Source: a virus
Lineage: Duplodnaviria > Caudoviricetes
Virus record (IMG/VR): IMGVR_UViG_2933953506_000001
Coordinates: 2,540 to 66,539 of that record
Length of the DNA: 64,000 bases
Strand: one strand, 5' to 3'
In this document: in pieces, positions 46,568 to 56,582 of the stretch
How positions within the stretch are numbered: position 1 is the first letter of the stretch
Layout of the letters: the number at the start of each line of letters is the position of its first letter
Notes under the pieces: model-generated
Database searches by the model: none
The model's input: the letters and a program-made list of their open reading frames with translations, nothing else
What the model was told of the DNA's origin: nothing
Position numbers and translations under genes: made by a program

Positions 46568-47239
46568 ATGGCAGCAACCTCGACGTGCGTGACTCCCATC
46601 AAGGGCACGCACATGCGGATCATCGCACTGGACGCGTGCGGGGTGCCGGTCACCGGCACGTCCGGCATGGTCGGTGTCTCGTCCGGGTTCGTTCAGGTCC
46701 AGATGGAGCCGGACTACGAAGACGGCCAGGAATTTTTCGAGCGCACCGCGTCGGGCGCACCGTGCGTGAACCAGAAAGACGACCCGACGCTGAAGCGCAT
46801 GGGCCTGACGGTGCAGATGTGCGAGGTCAACGTCTCGATCATCTCCTACATCATCAGCGCCCGCGAACTCACCACCGGCACCCCGACCACCGGCACCGGC
46901 TTCGCCGTCGCCGAGGGCAACCCCACCAACCGCTTCAGCCTGGAGGTGTGGCAGGAAGTCGCCGGATCCGGAGCCTGTGACGCGTCCGGGAACCAGCGGT
47001 ACATCTACCACGCCTGGCCCAACGTCGGCGCCACCCAGATCGGCAACTACACCGTCGAGAACGGTAGGAGCACGTTCGAGTTCTCCTCCGAGACCAGGGG
47101 CGCCGCGTCGACGTGGGACACCCGGGTCGGGTCGTCGTTCCTTCCGGCCGGACAGTTCGTCGACACCGATGAGCACTGGGTGTGGAACGTGACCACGACC
47201 GCGCCGCCGACCGTGGCCTGCAACCCGACCACGCTGTAA
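46568..47239 (+). CDS. major tail protein
   Basis: LDACG...FSLEVW; beta-rich; synteny. Confidence 0.75.
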   Translation: MAATSTCVTPIKGTHMRIIALDACGVPVTGTSGMVGVSSGFVQVQMEPDYEDGQEFFERTASGAPCVNQKDDPTLKRMGLTVQMCEVNVSIISYIISARELTTGTPTTGTGFAVAEGNPTNRFSLEVWQEVAGSGACDASGNQRYIYHAWPNVGATQIGNYTVENGRSTFEFSSETRGAASTWDTRVGSSFLPAGQFVDTDEHWVWNVTTTAPPTVACNPTTL

Positions 47240-47248
47240 GGCGTCCAG

Positions 47249-48046
47249 GTGGTTGCCCAGTTCGGTCCTTGCTCCGATTGGCCCGTGACGTGGACGTGCG
47301 ATCTGGACACCCTCAACCCGGCGGTGACTGGGGTGGCGGTGTCCACGGCCACCGAGGTGTTGTGGGCGCTCACGGGGATGCGGTTCGGTACCTGTGAGGT
47401 GACGCTGCGGCCGTGCCGCCGGGACTGCTGGGGTGGCGGGTTCTTCGACGACTTCGGGCCGCCCTGGTCGGGCGGCTGGTCGTACCCGCAGCCTGCCCTG
47501 ATCGGCGGCCAGTGGTTCAACCTCACCTGCGGCGGCTGCAGCGGGGAGTGCTCGTGCAGCAGCGTGTCGGAGGTGCTGCTGCCCGCACCGGTCAACCGGA
47601 TCGTCGAGGTGAAGGTCGACGGGACTCCGCTGGTGTCGGGCGCCTATCGGGTCGACAACAACCGGCTGTTGGTGCGCACAGACGGCGGGGACTGGCCGCG
47701 CTGCAACGACCTCGCGCTCGCGGACACCGAAGTCGGCACGTGGTCGGTGACCGCGCTGTACGGCGAGGATCTCCCGGACGGGGCCGCGCTGGCTGTTGGC
47801 CAGTTGGCGTGTGAGATCGCCAAGGCTGCGGCCGGCGGCGATTGCAAGCTGTCGGCCGGGCTGCAGCAGCTCGTCAGGCAGGGCGTGACCATCAGCTATC
47901 CGGATGTTGGGGAGTTGTTCCGGCAGGGCCGGACCGGGCTGTATCTCGTCGACATGTTCGTGGCGACGTGGAACCCGGGAGGGCTGCGGCAGCGGTCGCG
48001 CGTGTACTCCGTGGACCGGCCGACGGTACGGAGGACGGGGACGTGA
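47249..48046 (+). CDS. head-to-tail adaptor
   Basis: LWALTG...RPC...LACE...RQGV...TG...VD motifs. Confidence 0.75.
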   Translation: MVAQFGPCSDWPVTWTCDLDTLNPAVTGVAVSTATEVLWALTGMRFGTCEVTLRPCRRDCWGGGFFDDFGPPWSGGWSYPQPALIGGQWFNLTCGGCSGECSCSSVSEVLLPAPVNRIVEVKVDGTPLVSGAYRVDNNRLLVRTDGGDWPRCNDLALADTEVGTWSVTALYGEDLPDGAALAVGQLACEIAKAAAGGDCKLSAGLQQLVRQGVTISYPDVGELFRQGRTGLYLVDMFVATWNPGGLRQRSRVYSVDRPTVRRTGT

Positions 48047-48543
48047 TCACGGGCCCGTTGAAGTGGTACACCGTCGCCTCCACCCTGGAGCAGGCGGTGT
48101 ATGCCGAGCTGACCACGAAGCCGGACCGGCACTCGGTGGTGCCTGGCGCGATCGCGTGGGATGAATGCGACTGCGGGCTCCTCGCCGTGTCCGTGGCGCA
48201 GGTGTACCCCACCGAGCAGTTCCCCGTCCCGCTCGCCCAACGCGTCGGCAACGGCTGCGACGCACCCTGGGAAGTCGCCGAAATCGTCATCCAGGTCGTG
48301 CGCTGCGCACCGAACCCCGACGACCCGACGACCGCCCCGACCACGGCCGAACTCGACGCCTCCGCACAGGAAGTGCTCCGGGACGCGTACGAGATGATGC
48401 TGGCCGTGTCGGTGAAGCTGTGCGAGATGAACAAAGCGCGGGACATCTCCGACTTCATGCTGCGCCCGCTGACCGCGCAGGGCCCGTCTGGTGGCTGCGT
48501 CGGCAACGAGCTGCGCGCCTACGTCTCCCTGCCGAGGAACTGA
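48043..48543 (+). CDS. tail terminator / neck protein
   Basis: AWDECDCG...GPSGGCVG; synteny. Confidence 0.6.
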   Translation: MITGPLKWYTVASTLEQAVYAELTTKPDRHSVVPGAIAWDECDCGLLAVSVAQVYPTEQFPVPLAQRVGNGCDAPWEVAEIVIQVVRCAPNPDDPTTAPTTAELDASAQEVLRDAYEMMLAVSVKLCEMNKARDISDFMLRPLTAQGPSGGCVGNELRAYVSLPRN

Positions 48544-48551
48544 GGCCAGCC

Positions 48552-48944
48552 GTGTTCACCGTCTCTACCAGCTTCAACCTCGACCGGGGCCGCATCGAGC
48601 GCATGCTCCGGCTGCCCGGCGGCATGGTCTACCGCAACATGGAACGCCGCCTGCGCCGCGTGGAAACCGAGGCTATCCGTCGCGCACCCGGCCACATGGG
48701 CTCCACCATCCGCGCGCAGATCCGCCGCGGTCCGGGCGGCGACTTCCAGGGCGTCATCAACGTCCGCCACCCGGCCGCCCTCTACGTGATCGGCGGAACG
48801 CGCCCGCACCGCATCCAGCCCCGCAGGCCCAACGGGGTGCTGCGGTTCACGGTGAACGGACAGGTCGTGTACGCGAAGTACGTCATGCATCCCGGCACGA
48901 AGCCGAATAACTTCCTGCGCGAGGCGCTCCGCGCGGCCCTCTGA
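48552..48944 (+). CDS. HK97 gp10-like tail completion protein
   Basis: YVIGGTRPH...HPGTKPNNFLREAL. Confidence 0.75.
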   Translation: MFTVSTSFNLDRGRIERMLRLPGGMVYRNMERRLRRVETEAIRRAPGHMGSTIRAQIRRGPGGDFQGVINVRHPAALYVIGGTRPHRIQPRRPNGVLRFTVNGQVVYAKYVMHPGTKPNNFLREALRAAL

Positions 48945-48948
48945 ACCT

Positions 48949-48981
48949 CCGGAATGATCATGCGCGGGGGCGACCTACCGT
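48949..48981 (+). promoter_or_regulatory. phage late-promoter motif (leaderless start at 48989)
   Basis: CCGGAATGATCAT-N14-TACCGT-N7-ATG. Confidence 0.7.
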
Positions 48982-48988
48982 CCCACCC

Positions 48989-49468
48989 ATGACCGAGCTC
49001 CTCACACACGCGAACGGCGCCGCCGCCGCGGCTGCCACGCCCGCAGCCCGGGACTTCAGCCGCCCCCGCAAACGCCTCACCTTCACCATCGACGGCGAAC
49101 AGTTCGAGGCTGCACCGGTCCTGCCCGGCGACATCTACGCCGAATTCGTCACCCTCTACAACGGCACCGCCGATACCAAGACCTACCAGCAGCAGCACGA
49201 CTTGCTGAAAGGCGCCCTCGAACTCGCCCTGGTCCCGGAGTCCTACGACCGGTTCGCCGCCCGGTTGAAGGACAAGGCCAACCCGATCGAGGACGACCAG
49301 ATGGCCGACGTCATTCTTTGGCTTCTGGAGGCCTACGGCCTGCGCCCTACACAGCCGTCGCAGCCCTCGTCGGATGGGCCACAGAGCCCGGAATCTGGCA
49401 CGAGCTCGACGGACGAGCAGCAGCCGCAGGCGTCAATCCCGGCGACCTTCCAGCCCACCGATTCCTGA
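48989..49468 (+). CDS. tail assembly chaperone (G)
   Basis: Upstream of tape measure; ends YGLRPT + S/T/Q-rich tail. Confidence 0.8.
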   Translation: MTELLTHANGAAAAAATPAARDFSRPRKRLTFTIDGEQFEAAPVLPGDIYAEFVTLYNGTADTKTYQQQHDLLKGALELALVPESYDRFAARLKDKANPIEDDQMADVILWLLEAYGLRPTQPSQPSSDGPQSPESGTSSTDEQQPQASIPATFQPTDS

Positions 49469-49695
49469 ACTGGATCTACGCCGAAATGGTCCAGCGCCTC
49501 AGCCCGCGCGAGAACGACAAGCCCGGAGACGCCCGCAAGCGGTTCGACGGGCAACTCGACGTGCGCGCCTGGACCGTCCCCGCATCTGAGGACAAAGAGC
49601 CGACACCGCGCGACCCGAACGCGCCCTGGTGGTGGGACAACGCTGAAGAGGCATCCCAGTCCTTCCTCGCCGCAATGGGGGTGAACCTCGCATGA
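49342..49695 (+). CDS. tail assembly chaperone frameshift extension (GT), -1 frame
   Basis: Open -1 frame lacking good start (WHELDG...RFLNWIY) ending at tape-measure start. Confidence 0.65.
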   Translation, partial: APYTAVAALVGWATEPGIWHELDGRAAAAGVNPGDLPAHRFLNWIYAEMVQRLSPRENDKPGDARKRFDGQLDVRAWTVPASEDKEPTPRDPNAPWWWDNAEEASQSFLAAMGVNLA

Positions 49696-52433
49696 GCACC
49701 CCCGCAGGCGACGGCCACATCGGCGACGCCACCATCAACGTCAACGCCAACACCACCGCCGCAGCCCTCGCCATCCGCGGCCTCACCCGCGACGCCAACG
49801 GACAACTCCGCGACCTGCGCGGCCGGTTCGTCTCCGAATCACGGCTGATCAACAACTCCCTCAATTCGGTCACCGGCGGCAGCAACCGCTTCAATGAAGC
49901 CCTCGGCAGCCTCAAGTCCGCCGCCCTCCTGCTGTCCCCCGCCCTCATCCCCATCGCCGTACAAGCCGCCCCCATCGCCGCCAGCGTCGGAGCAGCCTCG
50001 ATCGCCGTGGGCGCGTTCGCTGCTGCCGCCGCCGGGCAGGTCACCGCGATCACCGACGCCGCGGACGCCGAGAAGAAATATCAGGACGCCGTCGACCAGC
50101 ACGGCGCGACGTCCGCGCAGGCAGCCAAGGCGCAGAACGCGTTCGTGCGGCAGATCCAGCAGATGCCCGACGCCACGCGGCGCACCGCCGCCGCCCTGTC
50201 GTCGCTGAAGGACCAGTACCGGGGATGGTCGGACAGCCTTGCCTCCAGCACGATGCCGGTGGCGACGAAGGCTTTGCAGGCATTCGGCTCCGTGTTCCCG
50301 AAGCTGACCCCGCTGGTGCAGGGGGCGAGCGGGCAGCTGGACCGGTTCGTGACGATCGCCGCCGGCGGCATCGCCTCCCCGGGCCTGGACGCGTTGATCG
50401 GCCGCTTCTCGCAGTTCTCGACGGGCGCGCTCCAGCGCGCTAACGACGCGCTGGTCAGGTTCGTCCGAACCCTGAACACGGGGAAGATCAGCAGCGGCGC
50501 GGCCGAGTTCATGGAGTACGTCCGGGCCAACGGGCCGATCGTGCGCGAGACCCTGCAGAACGTGATGCAGGCGCTGCTGCACATAGCGCAGGCGGCGTCG
50601 GACGTCGGCCCGGGCCTGCTGACCGTGGTGAACATCCTGGCGAATCTGGTGTCCGCGCTGCCGCCGAGCGTGGTCACGTCGATGCTGCAACTCGCCCTCG
50701 CGCTGAAGGCCGTGAGGATCGCGGCGGCGGCCGCAGCCGCCGTCTCCGGCGGCATCACTGCGTTCAGTGCGGCGATCGGCGCAATGCGCGCGGCGGCCGC
50801 CGGCGCGACCGGGGTCCTGCCGAGTTTCGCGGCGGCGATCGGTGCGATGTCGCGGGCGGCGAAGGTCGCTGTTGCGGGCACCGGCCTCGGCCTGCTGATC
50901 ATCGCGTTGACGCAGCTGTCCGACCGTGGCCGCCAGGCCCCGCCCGACATCGACAAGCTGACCAGTTCGCTGGCGCAGCTCGGCAAGATGGGCAAGGTCA
51001 CCGGCGAGGCGGCCCGGGCGTTCGGTAACGATCTCGACGGCTTGTACGGCAAAGTCAGGTCGCTCACCGACCCGACGACCACCGACAAGGTGCAGCAGTT
51101 CCTAGTGGGCTGGACGGGCTGGGACTCTACCCCGGTCAAGGACGCCAAGGAGAACCTGAACTCCGTCGATCAGGCGCTCGCCAATCTGGTCAAGAACGGC
51201 CAGTCCGACCTTGCCGCCGCCGCTGTTCAGCGGCTGTCGGCCGAGTACGGCAAGGGCGGCCGGGACGCCGCCGACTTCACGAGCAAGCTCACCGACTACC
51301 AGTCGGCGCTGGCCGACTCGGCCTTCGAACAGCAGTTGGCCGCGCAGGCCATGGGCTTGTTCGGGGCGCAGGCGCAGGCGACGTCGGCGAAGCTAGCCGA
51401 GCAGAAGGCCAGCGCGGACGGCCTCCGGGAGGCGGTCATCGCGCTGAACGATGTCAACCGGCAGGCGTTGGATGCGCAGGCCGCGTTCGAGGCGTCCATC
51501 GACAGTGCCTCTGCTGCGGCCGGCAAGTACGGGAACGTGTGGCAGGCGACTGGCGGCCAGCTCGATCTCACCACGGAGAAGGGCAGGGGCGCGTACGCGG
51601 CTTTGTCGGATTTGTCGGCGAAGACGAATGAGGCGACGGCGGCCGGGCGGGCGGCGGATACGTCTTGGGCTCAGGTGTCGAAGACGTTCGAGACGGGCCG
51701 GCAGAAGCTGATCGGGTCCGCGCGGCAGATGGGCCTCACCGAGGCGGCGGCGAAGGCGTTGGCGAACCAGATCCTGAAGACGCCGAACAAGACGGCGTTC
51801 CTGAAGGGTGATCTTGAGGATCTGAAGAAGAAGTTGGCGGATGCCAAGACGCGGCTGGCGAATGCACCGTCGTCAAAGACCGCCCAGATCAAGGGTGAGA
51901 TCGAGGATCTCAAACGGAAGATCGCGGCAGCTCAGGCGGCGATCAACAACGTGCACGGCAAGACCGTCATTCTCAGCGTCGAGGGCCGCGCGAACCAGAC
52001 CGCGAAGAACCTGGCCGGGTTCGCGTCCGGCGGCCTGGTCCAGTTCGCTGCCGGCGGCCAAGTGCAGGGATTCCCCGGCGGGGGCAGGATCAGGGGCCCG
52101 GGCAGTGGTACCTCGGACTCGATCCTGGCGCGGGTGTCGAATGGCGAGTACGTCATCCCCGCCGATCGGGTGCGCCAGTACGGACAGAACATGTTCGACG
52201 CGATCAGAGCAGGCAAGCTGTCCTCCGCCCGGGCCACCCCGGCACCGACAGCGTCAGCCCTCGGGGTGGGCAACACCCGGACCGCTCCCGTGGTGAACAT
52301 GACCTATGCACCCCAGATCAACCTCACCAACACCGGAGTCCTCGGCTCGAAACGCGAGCTGGAGAACTGGCTGTCAGGCGCGCTCGACGACCTGCGCCTG
52401 CAAGGCCGTCTGCCGATGGGGGCCACCCCATGA
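49692..52433 (+). CDS. tape measure protein
   Basis: 913 aa Ala-rich helical; GPGSGTSDSILARVSNGEYV motif. Confidence 0.92.
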   Translation: MSTPAGDGHIGDATINVNANTTAAALAIRGLTRDANGQLRDLRGRFVSESRLINNSLNSVTGGSNRFNEALGSLKSAALLLSPALIPIAVQAAPIAASVGAASIAVGAFAAAAAGQVTAITDAADAEKKYQDAVDQHGATSAQAAKAQNAFVRQIQQMPDATRRTAAALSSLKDQYRGWSDSLASSTMPVATKALQAFGSVFPKLTPLVQGASGQLDRFVTIAAGGIASPGLDALIGRFSQFSTGALQRANDALVRFVRTLNTGKISSGAAEFMEYVRANGPIVRETLQNVMQALLHIAQAASDVGPGLLTVVNILANLVSALPPSVVTSMLQLALALKAVRIAAAAAAAVSGGITAFSAAIGAMRAAAAGATGVLPSFAAAIGAMSRAAKVAVAGTGLGLLIIALTQLSDRGRQAPPDIDKLTSSLAQLGKMGKVTGEAARAFGNDLDGLYGKVRSLTDPTTTDKVQQFLVGWTGWDSTPVKDAKENLNSVDQALANLVKNGQSDLAAAAVQRLSAEYGKGGRDAADFTSKLTDYQSALADSAFEQQLAAQAMGLFGAQAQATSAKLAEQKASADGLREAVIALNDVNRQALDAQAAFEASIDSASAAAGKYGNVWQATGGQLDLTTEKGRGAYAALSDLSAKTNEATAAGRAADTSWAQVSKTFETGRQKLIGSARQMGLTEAAAKALANQILKTPNKTAFLKGDLEDLKKKLADAKTRLANAPSSKTAQIKGEIEDLKRKIAAAQAAINNVHGKTVILSVEGRANQTAKNLAGFASGGLVQFAAGGQVQGFPGGGRIRGPGSGTSDSILARVSNGEYVIPADRVRQYGQNMFDAIRAGKLSSARATPAPTASALGVGNTRTAPVVNMTYAPQINLTNTGVLGSKRELENWLSGALDDLRLQGRLPMGATP

Positions 52434-54034
52434 CGTGGTCTCCATGCGTGACGGGAGCCGCCTATCAGATCGCCGTCGACTGGGCGGCCGACGGCGACTT
52501 CGTCGACCCCTTCGACGACACCACCGCCGACGCCCTCAGCCGAGGCATCAGCATCGCCTACGGCCGCGACCAGCAACGCCAACTCTCCCCGGGAAGGGTC
52601 GGCTCCGCCGGGTTCGCGCTGTGCAACGTCCAGCGCCTCTACTCCCCAGAGAACCAGGACAGCAGCCTGTACGGGGATCTGGAACCGGGCCGCGAGACCC
52701 GCATCCAAGCCACCTTCCAAGGAACCACCTACCCGCTGTTCTACGGGCGTCTGAACGACTTCACGGTCAACGCGGACCGCTCCGACCGGTCCGTGAACTT
52801 CACCGCCCTCGATGGCCTGTCCACTTTGCAGGGCGTGAAAATCTCCACCGCCCTCTACCAGGCCCTGCGCACCGGGGAAATCGTCGGCCTGATCCTCGAC
52901 GAGGCGGGATGGCCGGCCGACCGCCGCGACATCGACACCGGCGCGAGCTTCACCCACTACTGGTGGGAGGAGGGCAGCACAGCATTCGACGCGATCCAGA
53001 AGGTCGTCAACGCTGAAGGCCCGCCGGCGATCGCGTACGTCGCACCGGACGGCGTGTTCACGTTTCGGGACCGGCATCACCGGCTGCTGCGCTCGGAATC
53101 TCTCACCGCGCAGGCGGCGTTCGCTGCGGCCCGCGTGGAGTGTGACTCGCCGCCCGTCACCGGCCTGGACTACACGGCGCCGTTCACCTACCAGCACGGG
53201 TGGCGCGACATCGTCAACGACGTGCTGCAGGACGTCGACGAACGCGTCCAGAACACCGACCTGTCCGCGGTGTGGAGCACCCAGTCGCCGTTCTCGATCC
53301 TCACCGGCCAGACCGTCGAGATCAAAGCCGTCGCGTCCGATCCGTTCCTCGACGCGGTCGCCCCCACAGCCTCCGGCAGCGATCCCGACATCGTGTACAC
53401 CGGTAGCGGCGTCGTCTCCACCGCCATCTCCCGTACTTCCGGCCAGTCCACCATCATCCGCATCACATCGGTTGGCGGACCCGCGACGGTCCTGTCGATG
53501 CAGCTCCGCGCCCGCGCCGTCCCCGTCGGCCGCACCATCCAAGTCCGCGAACAGGACCCCGCATCCATCACCCTCCACGGGCTGCGGACCTACCCGCAAG
53601 ACATCATCCTCGCCACCGCCAACGACGTCGAAGCCGTCGCCGAAGTCATCGTCGCCCAGTACGCGACGCGCCGGCCGCTGGTGTCGATGCGGGTCGTCGC
53701 CCAGGATCCGACGCATCTGGTGCAGATCTTCTCTCGCACCGTGTCCGATCTGATCTCGATCCGCAACGACGAGTTGGGGTTGGACGCCGGGTTCTACGTC
53801 GAGCAGATCGAGCACACCATCACCCGCATCGAGCCGTCCCGGCCGCCGATCCACGCCCTGGTCCTGGGCTGCGAGAAAGAGCGCGACGCCCCGAACAAGA
53901 ACCCGTTCACGTTCGACAAGACGGGCGCCGGATTCGATGACGGGTTCTTCGACCCGATCGCCGCCGACGACCCGGACACGGTGTGGATCTGGGACACGCA
54001 GTCGGAGTTCGACACCCACGAGTTCGGAACCTAG
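52430..54034 (+). CDS. minor tail (hub/baseplate) protein
   Basis: Follows TMP; beta-rich; AYGRD...FRDR. Confidence 0.8.
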   Translation: MTWSPCVTGAAYQIAVDWAADGDFVDPFDDTTADALSRGISIAYGRDQQRQLSPGRVGSAGFALCNVQRLYSPENQDSSLYGDLEPGRETRIQATFQGTTYPLFYGRLNDFTVNADRSDRSVNFTALDGLSTLQGVKISTALYQALRTGEIVGLILDEAGWPADRRDIDTGASFTHYWWEEGSTAFDAIQKVVNAEGPPAIAYVAPDGVFTFRDRHHRLLRSESLTAQAAFAAARVECDSPPVTGLDYTAPFTYQHGWRDIVNDVLQDVDERVQNTDLSAVWSTQSPFSILTGQTVEIKAVASDPFLDAVAPTASGSDPDIVYTGSGVVSTAISRTSGQSTIIRITSVGGPATVLSMQLRARAVPVGRTIQVREQDPASITLHGLRTYPQDIILATANDVEAVAEVIVAQYATRRPLVSMRVVAQDPTHLVQIFSRTVSDLISIRNDELGLDAGFYVEQIEHTITRIEPSRPPIHALVLGCEKERDAPNKNPFTFDKTGAGFDDGFFDPIAADDPDTVWIWDTQSEFDTHEFGT

Positions 54035-54042
54035 GAGGCCCG

Positions 54043-54411
54043 GTGAACCTGATCACGAATGCGGCCCGCGCCTACGTCTACAACGGCATGTGGGTCGCGG
54101 ACTGCCCCGCCGGATGCGGCGGCGTGGAGCAGCTGTACGAGACCAAGCGCAAGGGCGGCCCGCGGACGGTGCGGCGCACCCTGTTCCACTGCTCGTACTG
54201 CCATCACGCGACCAGCCACATCGACTGGCCGGCCGATGAGGCGGACATCTTCGCCGTCCTGGAATTGCGGCCGATCCCGCACAACCGGAACTGGTACCCG
54301 CAGGATCACCCGACAGCGGTCCGATTCGGGGTCGAGCACGGGCAGAGCGTCCAAGACCTGAGAGACGAAAACGAAGCGCACGGTGTGCCCGCGCGCGGAG
54401 AGGCAGCGTGA
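54043..54411 (+). CDS. Cys-containing hypothetical tail-region protein
   Basis: AGGAGG RBS; WVADCP.GC...CSYC...RNWYP. Confidence 0.7.
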   Translation: MNLITNAARAYVYNGMWVADCPAGCGGVEQLYETKRKGGPRTVRRTLFHCSYCHHATSHIDWPADEADIFAVLELRPIPHNRNWYPQDHPTAVRFGVEHGQSVQDLRDENEAHGVPARGEAA

Positions 54412-54414
54412 CTC

Positions 54415-54663
54415 ATGCCCGGGCCCTTTGAACTGGCGAACAGCCTGTTCCGAAACCACGAACCGATCACCATCACCCTCGACGGCTCCACCTACTACCT
54501 CACCGGGCTCGCCGTCAATCAGCAACTTGAGTCCACCAACCTCGAAGATGCAAAAGCCGAGACCGAAGCGTGGATGCTCGCCAACTTCACTGCGGTCCGT
54601 GTCCTCGCTCTGTGGCTTCCGCTGCCCACGGGCGCCATGAGCTACTTCGTGTACGGAGCCTGA
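54415..54663 (+). CDS. hypothetical tail-region protein
   Basis: Synteny; codon bias. Confidence 0.55.
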   Translation: MPGPFELANSLFRNHEPITITLDGSTYYLTGLAVNQQLESTNLEDAKAETEAWMLANFTAVRVLALWLPLPTGAMSYFVYGA

Positions 54664-54665
54664 CT

Positions 54666-55205
54666 ATGTCGTGGACAGCGCCGATGACGGCGGTCGCGAA
54701 CACCGTATTCACGGCCGCACAGTTCAACACCCACGTCCGCGACAACCTGAACGAAACCGCCCCGGCGAAGGCCACCACGGCGGGCACGATCTTCGTTGCA
54801 TCCGGCGCGAACTCGATCGTCGAGCGGGTCCCGTCGACCGCAGCGGTGACCACGTCCGAGTCGACGAGCGGCACCGGCTACGGCGACGTGGCGACGCCGG
54901 GCCCCGCGGTGACGGTCACCACCGGCACCAAGGCCATCGTCGCAGTCACGTCGATTGTTCAGAACTCGCTGGCATCACAGAACTCCTACGCCTCGTATGC
55001 CGTGTCGGGTGCGTCGACGATCGCGGCAACCGATGACCGGGCCGTCATCATCACGGCCGCCGCCGTCAACCAGACGCTGCGCGGAGCGGCCGTCTACATG
55101 GAAACCGCGCTCACCGCCGGGTCGAACACGTTCACGATGAAGTACCGCGTCACGGGCGGTACGGGCTCCTTCCAGAACCGCCGCATCGTCGTCATCCCCC
55201 TGTAA
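54666..55205 (+). CDS. minor tail / fibre-like protein
   Basis: MSWTAPMTAV...TAAQFNTHVRDNL N-terminus; Thr/Ser-rich beta domain. Confidence 0.75.
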   Translation: MSWTAPMTAVANTVFTAAQFNTHVRDNLNETAPAKATTAGTIFVASGANSIVERVPSTAAVTTSESTSGTGYGDVATPGPAVTVTTGTKAIVAVTSIVQNSLASQNSYASYAVSGASTIAATDDRAVIITAAAVNQTLRGAAVYMETALTAGSNTFTMKYRVTGGTGSFQNRRIVVIPL

Positions 55206-55210
55206 GGAGC

Positions 55211-55507
55211 ATGGCCATGGCCACGGTCAAGCAGTACGCCCTCAGCCTCTGGCGGGCCCACCGGGCCGTCTGTCGAAAGCTGGGTGCAGACCTGTCATGG
55301 GGCGATCCCGCCGAGCGGATCCGCATGATCGGCTCTGACGTCATGCTGGCCGGACTGATCAAGGTGCTTACCGACAAGGGCCTGGTCACCGATCAGGAAC
55401 TGAACGCGGTTTTCACCGCGATCACCAATGCGGACTTCCCGGTAGTTAGTCCCGTCATCGCGCCGGAACCGGGGCACGAGACACCGGACCCGGATCTTGG
55501 AGCATAG
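55211..55507 (+). CDS. hypothetical protein
   Basis: AAGGAG RBS. Confidence 0.65.
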   Translation: MAMATVKQYALSLWRAHRAVCRKLGADLSWGDPAERIRMIGSDVMLAGLIKVLTDKGLVTDQELNAVFTAITNADFPVVSPVIAPEPGHETPDPDLGA

Positions 55508-55516
55508 GGAGACAGC

Positions 55517-56557
55517 ATGAGCACAGGACCGCAGAAGTACCCGGGCGCATCTACCGCTTACTGGTACCAGGACACTTATGGCGGCGACTTCCAAGAGGTC
55601 AACGTCATCGTCCTGCACACCACCGAAGGACGCAGCCTTCCCAACTACGACGGCGGCGCGGTCGCCCCGAACATCACCGCAATGCCGGACTTTGCCGCGA
55701 AGAGACTGCGCTGGTACCAGCACTTCGACTTCGACCGCTCCTCCCGCGCGCTCGTCAACCTCCGCGGCGGGGTAGAGACGAACACCAACAACGTCGCCCA
55801 GGTGGAGCTGGTCGGCACCTGCGACCCCGTCACCCACGCGAAGTGGACGGCGGCCGGATACGTCCACATCTACTGGCCCGAGGCACCCGACTGGGCACTG
55901 CAGGGCGTGGCCGAGTTCCTGGCGTGGGCGCACGCAAACCACGACGTGCCGCTATCAGGCCCGAAGGTGTGGAAGGCGTACCCGGCCTCCTACGGCACGT
56001 ACAACGGCGTCCGCATGAACGACACGCAATGGAACGCCTTCAAGGGCGTATGCGGCCACCAGCACGTCGACGAGAACCTGCACGGCGACCCGGGCGCACT
56101 CGACTTCGCCCACATCCTCCAGCTCGCCACCGGCACCACCACACCCGCACCGCCCACGCCCTCTGAGGAGACCGATATGACCATCCAGAAGATCGACGAA
56201 GCCAACGCGTTCGACGTCGACCTCGCCGACAACGTGTGGACCACGTTGGCGTTCACCGACGCCGTCATCCACTCTGGCCCCCGCCAGCTCGTCGGCCCCA
56301 CCTACGTCCAGCTCACCTTCGACCCCGCTGCGGTCGGCCTCGTCACCGGCCGGTTCATCCTCACCAACCCCGACGGCACCAGCCCGTCCGGGTACGGCGA
56401 CATCGGGGAGTTCCCCGCGGGCGCGGTGCCGCAGTTCCACCACAACCACGACATCCCCGCCAGCAAGACGCTCCGCTTCCAGGTCAAGGCCCGCACCGGC
56501 GACGGCTCCACCACCAAGCTCATCCACCGCGTCGTCTCCGGCGACTTCGCCGTCTGA
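55517..56557 (+). CDS. endolysin, N-acetylmuramoyl-L-alanine amidase
   Basis: VLHTTEG, QVELVG, GHQHVDENLHGDPG zinc-amidase motifs; Pro/Thr linker to C-terminal domain. Confidence 0.9.
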   Translation: MSTGPQKYPGASTAYWYQDTYGGDFQEVNVIVLHTTEGRSLPNYDGGAVAPNITAMPDFAAKRLRWYQHFDFDRSSRALVNLRGGVETNTNNVAQVELVGTCDPVTHAKWTAAGYVHIYWPEAPDWALQGVAEFLAWAHANHDVPLSGPKVWKAYPASYGTYNGVRMNDTQWNAFKGVCGHQHVDENLHGDPGALDFAHILQLATGTTTPAPPTPSEETDMTIQKIDEANAFDVDLADNVWTTLAFTDAVIHSGPRQLVGPTYVQLTFDPAAVGLVTGRFILTNPDGTSPSGYGDIGEFPAGAVPQFHHNHDIPASKTLRFQVKARTGDGSTTKLIHRVVSGDFAV

Positions 56558-56582
56558 CCACCTACACGAAACGAGAACCGTC

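Noticed and set aside
52304-54019. 571-aa minus-strand ORF (and similar ones at 36396-37970, 31482-32951)
   Set aside because: Antisense to tail, terL and rmlB-like genes; no motifs
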